From positions 150,001 to 182,000 of the forward strand of contig JBDHVY010000001.1 of assembly GCA_039809905.1 (NCBI GenBank): a DNA stretch of 32,000 nucleotides. The letters run 5' to 3'. A program made the translations under genes and the position numbers. The DNA comes from Candidatus Babelota bacterium. GTDB taxonomy: Bacteria; Babelota; Babeliae; Babelales; Vermiphilaceae. Of the stretch, positions 18,016-25,993 are shown piece after piece (position 1 is the first letter of the stretch; each line of letters starts with the position of its first letter). Under the pieces are notes generated by a model. It made no database searches and had not been told where the DNA came from. It saw only the letters and a program-made list of their open reading frames with translations.

Positions 18016-18924
18016 TTATTTACCTACAAATCTTAAACGATTGCTATTTAAATCTTTAGGACCAATAGCTTCCCTATTAAAAATTAACTTAGGCACACTG
18101 TGCTGCATATAGGGAAAATTATCCCTATTTTTAAAATCCTGAGATTGTTGGACAATCTGGCGCATGGCAGGCATTACCACCTGATCACGTACAGCCTCTC
18201 TGGAAATTAATAGTTCACAAGTTTCAGAAACCCTACAAGTATCTTTTGGCTTATGTTCACGAGCATTAAGAACATCTATATCCCCACCATGAAGCAATAA
18301 TCTTTCAGCCACTGGCCTCTTTAATAAGCGAGAATGCATTATATTACTTCCATCTGCTGTTCTTCTTGTTAGGTCCGTTTTTGCGCATAATATATCGAGA
18401 ACCTCCAATTTCTGCGGATCAGACTTTATATCATCATTAGCAGATAAATATGATAACGGCAATACTCCATCAACAGTGCAAATATTGGGGTCAACACCTG
18501 CTTCTAAAGCTCTTTTCATCCGCTTAAAATCTAAATCCATTGCAGCAGAAGATAATACCGTCATACCAGTAGTTACGTTTCTACTATTAACATCTGCGCC
18601 ATTTTCTATAAGAATTTTAAAATACTCACCACTTTTTCTTTTTTTGCATCCATCAGCTATAAAAAGAATCGTTTGGCCAGAAGCATCTTTTTCATTCAAA
18701 GAATCTTTATCATAGCTTTTACGCCACTCAGCTTCAGCCCTAAAACCAGCCATATCATTTGCATTAAAAAAAGAAAACAAACTTCTTCTCTGTTTATTTT
18801 CCTCGATTTTGATTTTTTTTAAAGGATTTTCTGTTACATTCGTTTCTTCAAGAGAACGCTTCATAGAGTTTATTTGGAAAGAAATCGAACCAATTACTAT
18901 TACCATAATCAATTTTTTGATCAT
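18016..18924 (-). CDS. Ankyrin-repeat protein, predicted secreted
   Basis: NEKDASGQTILFIADGCKKRKSGEYFKILIENGADVNSRNVTTGMTVLSSAAMDLDFKRMKRALEAGVDPN and further repeats. Start set at MIKKLIMVIVIG (track start 18957). Confidence 0.75.
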   Translation of the reverse strand: MIKKLIMVIVIGSISFQINSMKRSLEETNVTENPLKKIKIEENKQRRSLFSFFNANDMAGFRAEAEWRKSYDKDSLNEKDASGQTILFIADGCKKRKSGEYFKILIENGADVNSRNVTTGMTVLSSAAMDLDFKRMKRALEAGVDPNICTVDGVLPLSYLSANDDIKSDPQKLEVLDILCAKTDLTRRTADGSNIMHSRLLKRPVAERLLLHGGDIDVLNAREHKPKDTCRVSETCELLISREAVRDQVVMPAMRQIVQQSQDFKNRDNFPYMQHSVPKLIFNREAIGPKDLNSNRLRFVGK

Positions 18925-19011
18925 CTCAGACCGCCTTGATATTTTTAAAACAGACATATAAATAGAATACGATACTTAATTTTAGCATGTTTTAAAAAAA
19001 CAAGCGATATT

Positions 19012-19517
19012 CTATATGGATTTTTCGTGAAGGTTTTGAAAAATGGTTATTAAATCATTTAATTCGAGCTGATTTTTCACCACAAAAACTTTCTTGTTAT
19101 GCGTATATCTTTGCAGCAACATCATAACTTCCACTTTTTGCTTTTTATTAAAAGTCCAGACATACTTCAAAAATTCCCAACTAGGAAAACGTTCTTCACA
19201 TCCTGGAGCACTGGAAAAAAATACTTTACCAAAATTAAGAAAGGCTCTTGTAAAAATACGATACAAACAAACATAAAGGGGTATATCAAGAAAAATAATA
19301 ATATCAGCACGTTGTAATCTGTATTCAAAGTGGCTAATCGCCATCCCTTTAGCCCCAGCTTCGTTACTCTTCGCCGGGGTCCCCGTGTGAAGAGAATCGG
19401 AACATGGGGTAAAAAATATTAGTCTATGTGAAAAAGAGGAATATGAAGAATATGATGAAGTTTGAATGCTAAGGTAGATTTGCCAGAACCAGGACTACCA
19501 ATGACTGCTATTTTCAT
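19012..19517 (-). pseudogene. Degraded P-loop kinase (adenylate kinase-like / FlaR-like 'topology modulation' family)
   Basis: From ATG at 19517: MKIAVIGSPGSGKSTLAFKLHHILHIPLFHID-stop (TAA at 19421..19419). A C-terminal homologous part, FEYRLQRADIIIFLDIPLYVCLYRIFTRAF, follows in another frame. The central region is missing and a palindrome lies between the parts. Confidence 0.7.
19353..19409. repeat. Approximately 57-bp imperfect palindrome inside the degraded kinase gene
   Basis: CCCCA...CTCTTCgcCGGGGtCCCCGtgtGAAGAG...TGGGG. Confidence 0.7.
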
Positions 19518-19528
19518 ATGAGATCTCC

Positions 19529-19567
19529 AAAAAAAAATCCCGCCAATTAGTCAAACTAAATGGCGGG
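19529..19567 (-). terminator. Intrinsic terminator of the tRNA operon, stem overlapping the tRNA-Asp 3' end
   Basis: Minus strand: CCCGCCATTTAGTTTGACTAATTGGCGGGATTTTTTTT. Confidence 0.85.
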
Positions 19568-19638
19568 GTGGACGGGACTTGAACCCGCGACCTTCCGCGT
19601 GACAGGCGGACGCTCTATCCAAGCTGAGCTACCACCCC
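19561..19638 (-). tRNA. tRNA-Asp (GTC), CCA encoded
   Basis: GGGGTGGTAGCTCAGCTTGGATAGAGCGTCCGCCTGTCACGCGGAAGGTCGCGGGTTCAAGTCCCGTCCACCCCGCCA. Confidence 0.95.
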
Positions 19639-19670
19639 ACAAGAAGAAAAACCAAACAAGCTTACCTTGA

Positions 19671-19705
19671 ATGGCGTACCAGCTGAAGCTTTATGCGTAA
19701 GCTGG
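19671..19705 (-). repeat. 35-nt hairpin repeat, copy A, including the CCA end of tRNA-Asn
   Basis: + strand ATGGCGTACCAGCTGAAGCTTTATGCGTAAGCTGG; stem CCAGCT/AGCTGG. Confidence 0.9.
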
Positions 19706-19777
19706 CTCCCCGGGCAGGGATCGAACCTGCGACCCAACGATTAACAGTCGTTTGCTCTACCTCTGAGCTACCGAGGA
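19703..19777 (-). tRNA. tRNA-Asn (GTT), CCA encoded
   Basis: TCCTCGGTAGCTCAGAGGTAGAGCAAACGACTGTTAATCGTTGGGTCGCAGGTTCGATCCCTGCCCGGGGAGCCA. Confidence 0.95.
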
Positions 19778-19815
19778 ACAAAAATTCAATTTAGATGATA
19801 AATAAGAAACCTTTT

Positions 19816-19850
19816 ATGGCGCGCCAGACGAAGCTTTATGCGTAGTCTGG
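19816..19850 (-). repeat. 35-nt hairpin repeat, copy B, including the CCA end of tRNA-Val
   Basis: + strand ATGGCGCGCCAGACGAAGCTTTATGCGTAGTCTGG; stem CCAGAC/GTCTGG; same loop as copy A. Confidence 0.9.
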
Positions 19851-19922
19851 TGGGCGATGTAGGTTTCGAACCTACGACCCCCAGTTTGTAAGACTGATGC
19901 TCTACCACTGAGCTAATCGCCC
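19848..19922 (-). tRNA. tRNA-Val (TAC), CCA encoded
   Basis: GGGCGATTAGCTCAGTGGTAGAGCATCAGTCTTACAAACTGGGGGTCGTAGGTTCGAAACCTACATCGCCCACCA. Confidence 0.95.
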
Positions 19923-20045
19923 CTTATAATCCCACCTAACTCACAGGGAAAGTGTAATGGATATATACTCAAAAGTCAAAAAAAATTATATGATACTTAA
20001 TCAATATCTAAAAATGGCTATAAATTTTACCTTTAAGGCCCTATT

Positions 20046-20732
20046 ATGACTCTATTTGAATCAATTAAAAGCATTATTGCAATCACTATATTTCTATGTC
20101 TTGCTCCTTTTTTAATTGAAAGCATTACAAAACAATATACTCCTCTTTTCGAGCCCAGAACCAATATTGCCATCGTTTCCATAACTCAACAATTGTGTAG
20201 CACATCTTGTATTGATCAACTCCATAGTTTTTTCAAAGATCCTCTTATTAAAGGCATACTTATAAAAATAGATTGTTCCAATGCTCCAGCAGGAACAAGC
20301 CAAGCTCTATTTCATGATCTTCGTCAATTAAAAAAACAATACCCCAAGCCTATTATTGCGTTAGTAGAAAATATTTGTGTTTCTGGAGCATATCTTATTG
20401 CAAGTGCATGCGATTATATTATTGCACCTGAATCGGCAATCATTGGAAATATTGGCACATCTTTTTGCGCATCGTCATTAGAGCATATAAAGTCTGATAA
20501 AAATGATACTTTTCAAGGCATAGAAACAGAATCATATCACCAGTTAATTAAACAAGTTGCTTTAGGAAGAAAATTATCGCTTACTACAACTGCCAATTGG
20601 GCTGAAGGGAAAATATTTACCGGAACTCAAGCCTTAGCTCTAGGATTAATTAATGAAATTGGATCTTTATGCACTGTTATAAAAGTGCTCAAAGAAAAAG
20701 CTCTTATTGAAAATGAAATTGAATGGATATAG
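20046..20732 (+). CDS. Short S49 (SppA-like) signal peptide peptidase family protein
   Basis: KGILIKIDCSNAPAGTSQALFHDLRQLKKQYPKPIIALVENICVSGAYLIASACDYIIAPESAIIGNIG; GRKLSLTTTANWAEGKIFTGTQALALGLINEIGS. Confidence 0.85.
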   Translation: MTLFESIKSIIAITIFLCLAPFLIESITKQYTPLFEPRTNIAIVSITQQLCSTSCIDQLHSFFKDPLIKGILIKIDCSNAPAGTSQALFHDLRQLKKQYPKPIIALVENICVSGAYLIASACDYIIAPESAIIGNIGTSFCASSLEHIKSDKNDTFQGIETESYHQLIKQVALGRKLSLTTTANWAEGKIFTGTQALALGLINEIGSLCTVIKVLKEKALIENEIEWI

Positions 20733-20746
20733 CCCTATAAAATTTT

Positions 20747-21598
20747 TCATTTCTCAACATCTTCTTTAGATATCAATGTACAATATCGCAAAGTTTTAAA
20801 ATCGAGCGCAGATTGAACAGTAATGTCATAAAACAATTCTCCTTTATCTGCAGCAACAATTTTACCCAACGCAAAACCTTTTGGAAACACAAGGCCTTCA
20901 CCACTGGAAAGCACCATATCATTTTCATTTACTTTTTCTAAGTGGCTCACATACCGCATGGTTGCATTATGTAGATCATTACAACCTTCATGAATACCAT
21001 ACGCACCTTTTTTTGCTAATCTTTTTCCTTTTGTCAGTACATTAGAGACATCAGATTGGCAGCACATTGATGCAACTTTACAATCAGCGTCGGTAATCAA
21101 ACAAACCTTGCAATACCATGGATATACTTCAGAAACTCTCCCAACAATGTTATTGCAATACAATGCCACCATATCCTTTTTGATTCCTTGTGAAACACCA
21201 GCATTAACCAAAAAAAACTGATTATTTGAAGAAAAATGTCGTGCCAATACTTGAGCAGTAATACCAGAGTTCAACACATATCTTTTATTAAAATTATGTA
21301 ATTCAATCGTTTCATCCGTATATGCAACCCCTGCCTTTAATGCAATATGCTCTGCATATAGCATTTCATATTGCTTTCGCATTTCTTCAATATTATGCTC
21401 AAGCTCATGTACTCTTGCAGATCGTTGTATCTTTGCTGCAATTGGATCGATAATCAATTGTTGAATACGCAGTAATGGGTATAAAAATGATGATGAAACC
21501 TTCTCTACCATCGAAATGCCAGGTACCACACAATGGCGAAAAACAAAAAAGGATATAATTATAAAAACTACAATAATAATTGTTGTATTTTTATTCAC
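20747..21598 (-). CDS. mreC: Rod shape-determining protein MreC
   Basis: N-terminal TM helix, coiled coil, GRVSEVYPWYCKVCLITDADCKV, VLSSGEGLVFPKGFALGKIV. Confidence 0.85.
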   Translation of the reverse strand: MNKNTTIIIVVFIIISFFVFRHCVVPGISMVEKVSSSFLYPLLRIQQLIIDPIAAKIQRSARVHELEHNIEEMRKQYEMLYAEHIALKAGVAYTDETIELHNFNKRYVLNSGITAQVLARHFSSNNQFFLVNAGVSQGIKKDMVALYCNNIVGRVSEVYPWYCKVCLITDADCKVASMCCQSDVSNVLTKGKRLAKKGAYGIHEGCNDLHNATMRYVSHLEKVNENDMVLSSGEGLVFPKGFALGKIVAADKGELFYDITVQSALDFKTLRYCTLISKEDVEK

Positions 21599-21692
21599 AA
21601 TACTAAACTCTTGCTTTTGAAATTAAATAATTTTATGGTAAGCATCATCAAATTAGTCATAAAAATCAATCTATAAAAAAGAAAGTTTTATA

Positions 21693-22421
21693 ATGAAGCA
21701 TATTACTTTTTTCGCATTATATATTGTAACACCATTAAGTATCTATTCTATGAAACCCACGCTTCAACTTACTATTTCTCCAGAAATAACTCAGCATTAT
21801 GAAGAATTTGACACTCTTTGCAAAAAATCATGCTCTATGCTTCAAAACTTTGAACAAAACAATATAAAAAGCGCAAAAAAATTGATAAAAGTAATCGAGC
21901 TTACTAAAGCTTTAAAACTTGCAAACATAACTGAAACACACCTTGGCTTATCTTCGCTTGCAAAACATCATAACCAACAACCATTGCTTCGTGAAATGAC
22001 AGAATCAATAAAAAACAAATTCGTTATCAATCAAAACCTTGTCACACCTTTTCATACAGCACTCTTTTTTAACCTTCTTTCTTCTTACAATCAAAGCCTT
22101 ATGGAATCTACGCTGGTATTACCTTCTATAGTTGATGTTAAAAATCATTGGGGTATTGAAAAGCGAAAAGCAATAGCAGCCAGAGGTCTTACATTTGGAA
22201 TTAACATTCCCATAAGTACACTCAATGCAAAAAAAATATTAATCAATCCATCTGCTGACGTAGAATCATTTGATCATTTTATGGCCAATATCAAAGCAAT
22301 GTTATTAGAAAAGCCAAAAATTATTAAAGCCTTAGCAGAATTCATCTATTGTAACGGATCACAGAATGTCTCAGTGCCTTCAGATTATACCCAGCTCGAA
22401 GATTCTACAGAAAATTCCTAA
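21693..22421 (+). CDS. Hypothetical predicted exported protein
   Basis: 242 aa; signal peptide MKHITFFALYIVTPLSIYS; no family recognised. Confidence 0.6.
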   Translation: MKHITFFALYIVTPLSIYSMKPTLQLTISPEITQHYEEFDTLCKKSCSMLQNFEQNNIKSAKKLIKVIELTKALKLANITETHLGLSSLAKHHNQQPLLREMTESIKNKFVINQNLVTPFHTALFFNLLSSYNQSLMESTLVLPSIVDVKNHWGIEKRKAIAARGLTFGINIPISTLNAKKILINPSADVESFDHFMANIKAMLLEKPKIIKALAEFIYCNGSQNVSVPSDYTQLEDSTENS

Positions 22422-22524
22422 CTAACCTTTTTATAAATTTTTTTGATACAATTTGCCGTATCATAAGACGCATGATACAATAAAATCTACTTATTTCTTT
22501 AGCTTTTCAAGAAAATGGATCATT

Positions 22525-23679
22525 ATGCATTATGATATTTCGGCTAATACTCGCTCTTTATACATTCATTGGCCGTTCTGCCCTTATCGATGTCATTACT
22601 GTCCGTTTGTGGCTTTAGCATCACATGATCCTTTTATGGAACGCTATCATAATGCACTAATAAAAGAAATCCGACTTTTCGGCAAAAATTATTCAGAAAA
22701 ATTGCCCATTGATACCGTTTATTTTGGCGGCGGAACACCAAGCACATACCCAGATCATCTACTACTTGACATGTTTGGTATACTAAGAGAGTATTTCACT
22801 TTTGATGCTCATACAGAAATAACGCTTGAAGTTAATCCAGGAACGGTACGCTTTGAGCAGCTCGCTTTATGGAAGCAGCTCGGCATCAATCGCATCAGTA
22901 TTGGCGTGCAGAGCCTTAATGATTCGGTATTACAAAAATTAAATCGTCTACAAAAGGCAACTGATGTTTATTCTTTGCTTGAAAAAGCCCCTGCATATTT
23001 TGATAACATCTCTGTGGATGTAATTTTGGGACTACCTGGCGTGGATAGAGCTGAATGGGAGGATTTATTAAAAAAAGTAGTTACATGGAATATCACGCAT
23101 TTATCAATGTATATTTTGGAAATTCATGATACTACTCCATTGTTTTTCAATGTAAAATCAAAAAAAGTTACCTTGCCATGCGATGATGAAGTTGTTGATG
23201 CATACTATTGGTCGCGTGAATTTCTTGCAACACACGGATTTAATCAATACGAAGTTTCTAGTTTTGCGCGAATGGGAAAAGAATCCCGACACAACACAAC
23301 GTACTGGGAACGCAACCCATATCGTGGATTTGGATTAGGAGCATGTTCGTTTGATGGAAAAACAAGATTGCAGAACGAGAAGAATTTAATGAAATACTTG
23401 GAAAGCATCGAAAAAGATATGTATGCACCAATATTTGCAGAAACTATCACTAAAGATCAGATATATGCTGAAAAAATTATGCTCGGATTGCGAAGAATAA
23501 AGGGGGTTTGTTGGGAAGACATTAATAATGATTTAAATAATGAACAAAAAGAAAAACTCGCCATAACAATCAAAACATTGCAAGAACAAAAACTGATTGT
23601 TGAAAATAATGGACGTCTACAATTAACTCCTGCCGGATTAGTTCTAGAAAATGAGATTATAACAAGGCTTTCTTTATAA
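22525..23679 (+). CDS. hemW: Radical SAM protein HemW-like (oxygen-independent coproporphyrinogen III oxidase family)
   Basis: LYIHWPFCPYRCHYCPFVA (CxxxCxxC), DTVYFGGGTPSTY, EVNPGTVRFEQL, ISIGVQSLNDSVL, DVILGLPG. Start taken at MHYDIS (track start 22453). Confidence 0.9.
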   Translation: MHYDISANTRSLYIHWPFCPYRCHYCPFVALASHDPFMERYHNALIKEIRLFGKNYSEKLPIDTVYFGGGTPSTYPDHLLLDMFGILREYFTFDAHTEITLEVNPGTVRFEQLALWKQLGINRISIGVQSLNDSVLQKLNRLQKATDVYSLLEKAPAYFDNISVDVILGLPGVDRAEWEDLLKKVVTWNITHLSMYILEIHDTTPLFFNVKSKKVTLPCDDEVVDAYYWSREFLATHGFNQYEVSSFARMGKESRHNTTYWERNPYRGFGLGACSFDGKTRLQNEKNLMKYLESIEKDMYAPIFAETITKDQIYAEKIMLGLRRIKGVCWEDINNDLNNEQKEKLAITIKTLQEQKLIVENNGRLQLTPAGLVLENEIITRLSL

Positions 23680-23798
23680 AAAATCGTTTTTTAATCTCAT
23701 TTCTTTCTGTTATCGGACCCCAATTGAAATGTAATATAAATTGGGAATAAAAATTTGTATGATAGTAATAATATGTATTTATGTAAGTTAGGGTATTC

Positions 23799-24260
23799 AT
23801 GGCAAAACATGTTGGTGTAAAATTACCAGAAGATTTATTGGCAGTATTGGCAAAGGGCCAAACCGTAGGGATCCTTGCAACATTTTCTGAAAAAGGATTG
23901 CCGAACACCACTCCCGTTCAGTGTATTGCCGCAAAAGGACTTGAAAGTCTTTTACTCACCATTCACAAAGATCATACTGGATACCACAACATGGTATGGC
24001 AGAAAAAAGTTATGATTTGTTTTTTAGACGAAGGTAATGTTGCTTATAGCGTTTTAGGACGTGCAGGTGTTGTACGAGCTCCTTCCGTTGTACATCCTTT
24101 TATGAACGTTGTTCGCATTGATATTATTGATATTAAATCTGACAGATCTCCTCTAACTAGAGTAGATAGCGGTGTAAAATGGAGTTATACTTCATCCGAT
24201 GCTGAAGAATTATCAAATGCTTTAATGGATGAACTTAAAGAACTCTCTGAAGATCTCTAA
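23799..24260 (+). CDS. Pyridoxamine 5'-phosphate oxidase-like / FMN-binding split-barrel protein
   Basis: KGQTVGILATFSEKGLPNTTPVQCIAAKGLESLLLTIHKDHTGYHNMVWQKKVMICFLDEGNVAYSVLGRAGVV. Confidence 0.55.
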   Translation: MAKHVGVKLPEDLLAVLAKGQTVGILATFSEKGLPNTTPVQCIAAKGLESLLLTIHKDHTGYHNMVWQKKVMICFLDEGNVAYSVLGRAGVVRAPSVVHPFMNVVRIDIIDIKSDRSPLTRVDSGVKWSYTSSDAEELSNALMDELKELSEDL

Positions 24261-24280
24261 AATCAAAAAGGAGAATTGTA

Positions 24281-25648
24281 ATGATTATGCCTATAATGAT
24301 GATCATGATGATGTTTGTAATGGTATCTTTTTTCACGGTTACCCAAGAAGCTCCTGCATCAAATGAAGAATCCTCTCTGATGGAATCTTCTGCATCTGCT
24401 GCATCAGCAGATACAGAATCTACGCAAACAGCTGACGAAGAACCGCAAACAACATCTGATGAGCAAACACAAGAAACACCATCAGGTGAAGAAATTTCTA
24501 CCGAATCTTCTTCACCTGATACTTCCGACTCCGCGCAAGATTTACCGGAGACATCTTCTGAAGCAGCATCAGATGAGCTAGCAGATACAGCAACAGCTCA
24601 GCCTGCCACAACAGATAACACAGAAGAACCTCAACCACTCCTTGCAACAAAGCAAGATTCTTCTTCTACCAATCAAACTCCTAAGGATGCGACAACAGCA
24701 GCAGATATGTCACAATCATCTGTTATACCTGAAGCTCCAGTTCCAGCACCCGAAGAAAAATTAGTAATACCTGAAGAAGAAACTGAAAAAGAAGAACCCG
24801 TTGGGATTGATACAGTATCTCTTGAAAATCCTCAAGGCAATTGGTTATTCAAACGAATTTGGTGGGAGCGTGCTGAAGAAAGATATGAAAAAATCCGCAT
24901 TCTCGTCGATTCCATATGGGAATCTCGCAACACATTTTTTCATGAACGTAACCAATTAGATAGAACTATCTTAGATCCATTTTATATTAATATTGGAATT
25001 GATCGCGGAGAACTACAAACAATACTTTCTGAAATCAATGATTTTCTTGAAAAACAACGCGAGCAAGAAGGAACTTTAAGCGAACAAGAACGCGTTATTT
25101 ATGAAACATATGCAACAGAAGAAGAAACATTAAAACAACTTAAAGCTGATGTTGATGCTATTGTTAGTCTTGATCATGCTATTGATGATGCACTTGGCAC
25201 ATTCATGAATCAAATTAATCGCGTCAGACAGTTTGAATCACAGGCATGGAATAATTTCAAAGAAATAGCTCATATACTCAATGATACACGTGCACGAGAA
25301 TTATATTATATGATAGAAGGTGCTGCACGTAATATAAAAACAATCAGCAACTATCTTGAGCAAGAATTTCTTGATCATTTTCATAAACTTATTGCTAATG
25401 CAAAAACACGCGTAAATCGTGTACAAACACAAATGAATGCACTTAAAGAAAAAGGTGTATTATTCCAACGCCAAGCAGAACTTCTTGAACAGCAAGCTGC
25501 TCAAGAAGAAGAAATAGAAGAGGAAGAAGATGTTAAACCAAAACCAAAATTAAGCTGGTTTGGTTGGATTTCTTCAGGAATTTCTAATGCTTTCAGTTAT
25601 GTATGGGCAATTATTCGATTACCATATGATATGATCTTTAAAAAGTAA
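24281..25648 (+). CDS. Predicted exported protein: acidic Ser/Thr/Glu-rich segment plus coiled-coil domain
   Basis: Met-rich hydrophobic N-terminus; about 150 aa of S/T/E/A low complexity; coiled-coil segments (LLEQQAAQEEEIEEEEDV); hydrophobic C-terminus WFGWISSGISNAFSYVWAIIRLPYDMIF. Confidence 0.65.
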   Translation: MIMPIMMIMMMFVMVSFFTVTQEAPASNEESSLMESSASAASADTESTQTADEEPQTTSDEQTQETPSGEEISTESSSPDTSDSAQDLPETSSEAASDELADTATAQPATTDNTEEPQPLLATKQDSSSTNQTPKDATTAADMSQSSVIPEAPVPAPEEKLVIPEEETEKEEPVGIDTVSLENPQGNWLFKRIWWERAEERYEKIRILVDSIWESRNTFFHERNQLDRTILDPFYINIGIDRGELQTILSEINDFLEKQREQEGTLSEQERVIYETYATEEETLKQLKADVDAIVSLDHAIDDALGTFMNQINRVRQFESQAWNNFKEIAHILNDTRARELYYMIEGAARNIKTISNYLEQEFLDHFHKLIANAKTRVNRVQTQMNALKEKGVLFQRQAELLEQQAAQEEEIEEEEDVKPKPKLSWFGWISSGISNAFSYVWAIIRLPYDMIFKK

Positions 25649-25676
25649 AAACTCAAACTTATTAGTTTCAAGAAAA

Positions 25677-25710
25677 CCCACGTTGAATTTTAATTCACGT
25701 GGGTATTTTT
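25677..25710 (+). terminator. Intrinsic terminator
   Basis: ACCCACGTtGAATTTTAATTCACGTGGGTaTTTTT after the 25648 stop. Confidence 0.8.
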
Positions 25711-25758
25711 GTTGATAATACCTAATTTATCGCTATACTAAAAACACATTGATAATGT

Positions 25759-25845
25759 GCCGGGGTGGTGAAATTGGCAGACACGCAGCCTTGAGGTGGC
25801 TGTGGGAGAAATCCCATAGGGGTTCGAGTCCCCTCTCTGGCACCA
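25759..25845 (+). tRNA. tRNA-Leu (GAG), CCA encoded
   Basis: GCCGGGGTGGTGAAATTGGCAGACACGCAGCCTTGAGGTGGCTGTGGGAGAAATCCCATAGGGGTTCGAGTCCCCTCTCTGGCACCA with long variable arm. Confidence 0.95.
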
Positions 25846-25993
25846 AACTTTTAGCCCAATCTACGCTGCGCTACGATCGGGCGCTCGTATAAAGATTAAT
25901 ATAGTATACCCGTTTATCCTTTGGATGCGGGTTTGTTAGTAAAAAAGTACAAAAAAAAGAGAGTTTCCCCAAATTTTTTAAGGAGTTTTTTCG

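Noticed and set aside
19094-19317. Two + strand ORFs over the degraded kinase (19094..19276, 19099..19317)
   Set aside because: Antisense to the recognisable kinase C-terminal remnant; no protein-like features.
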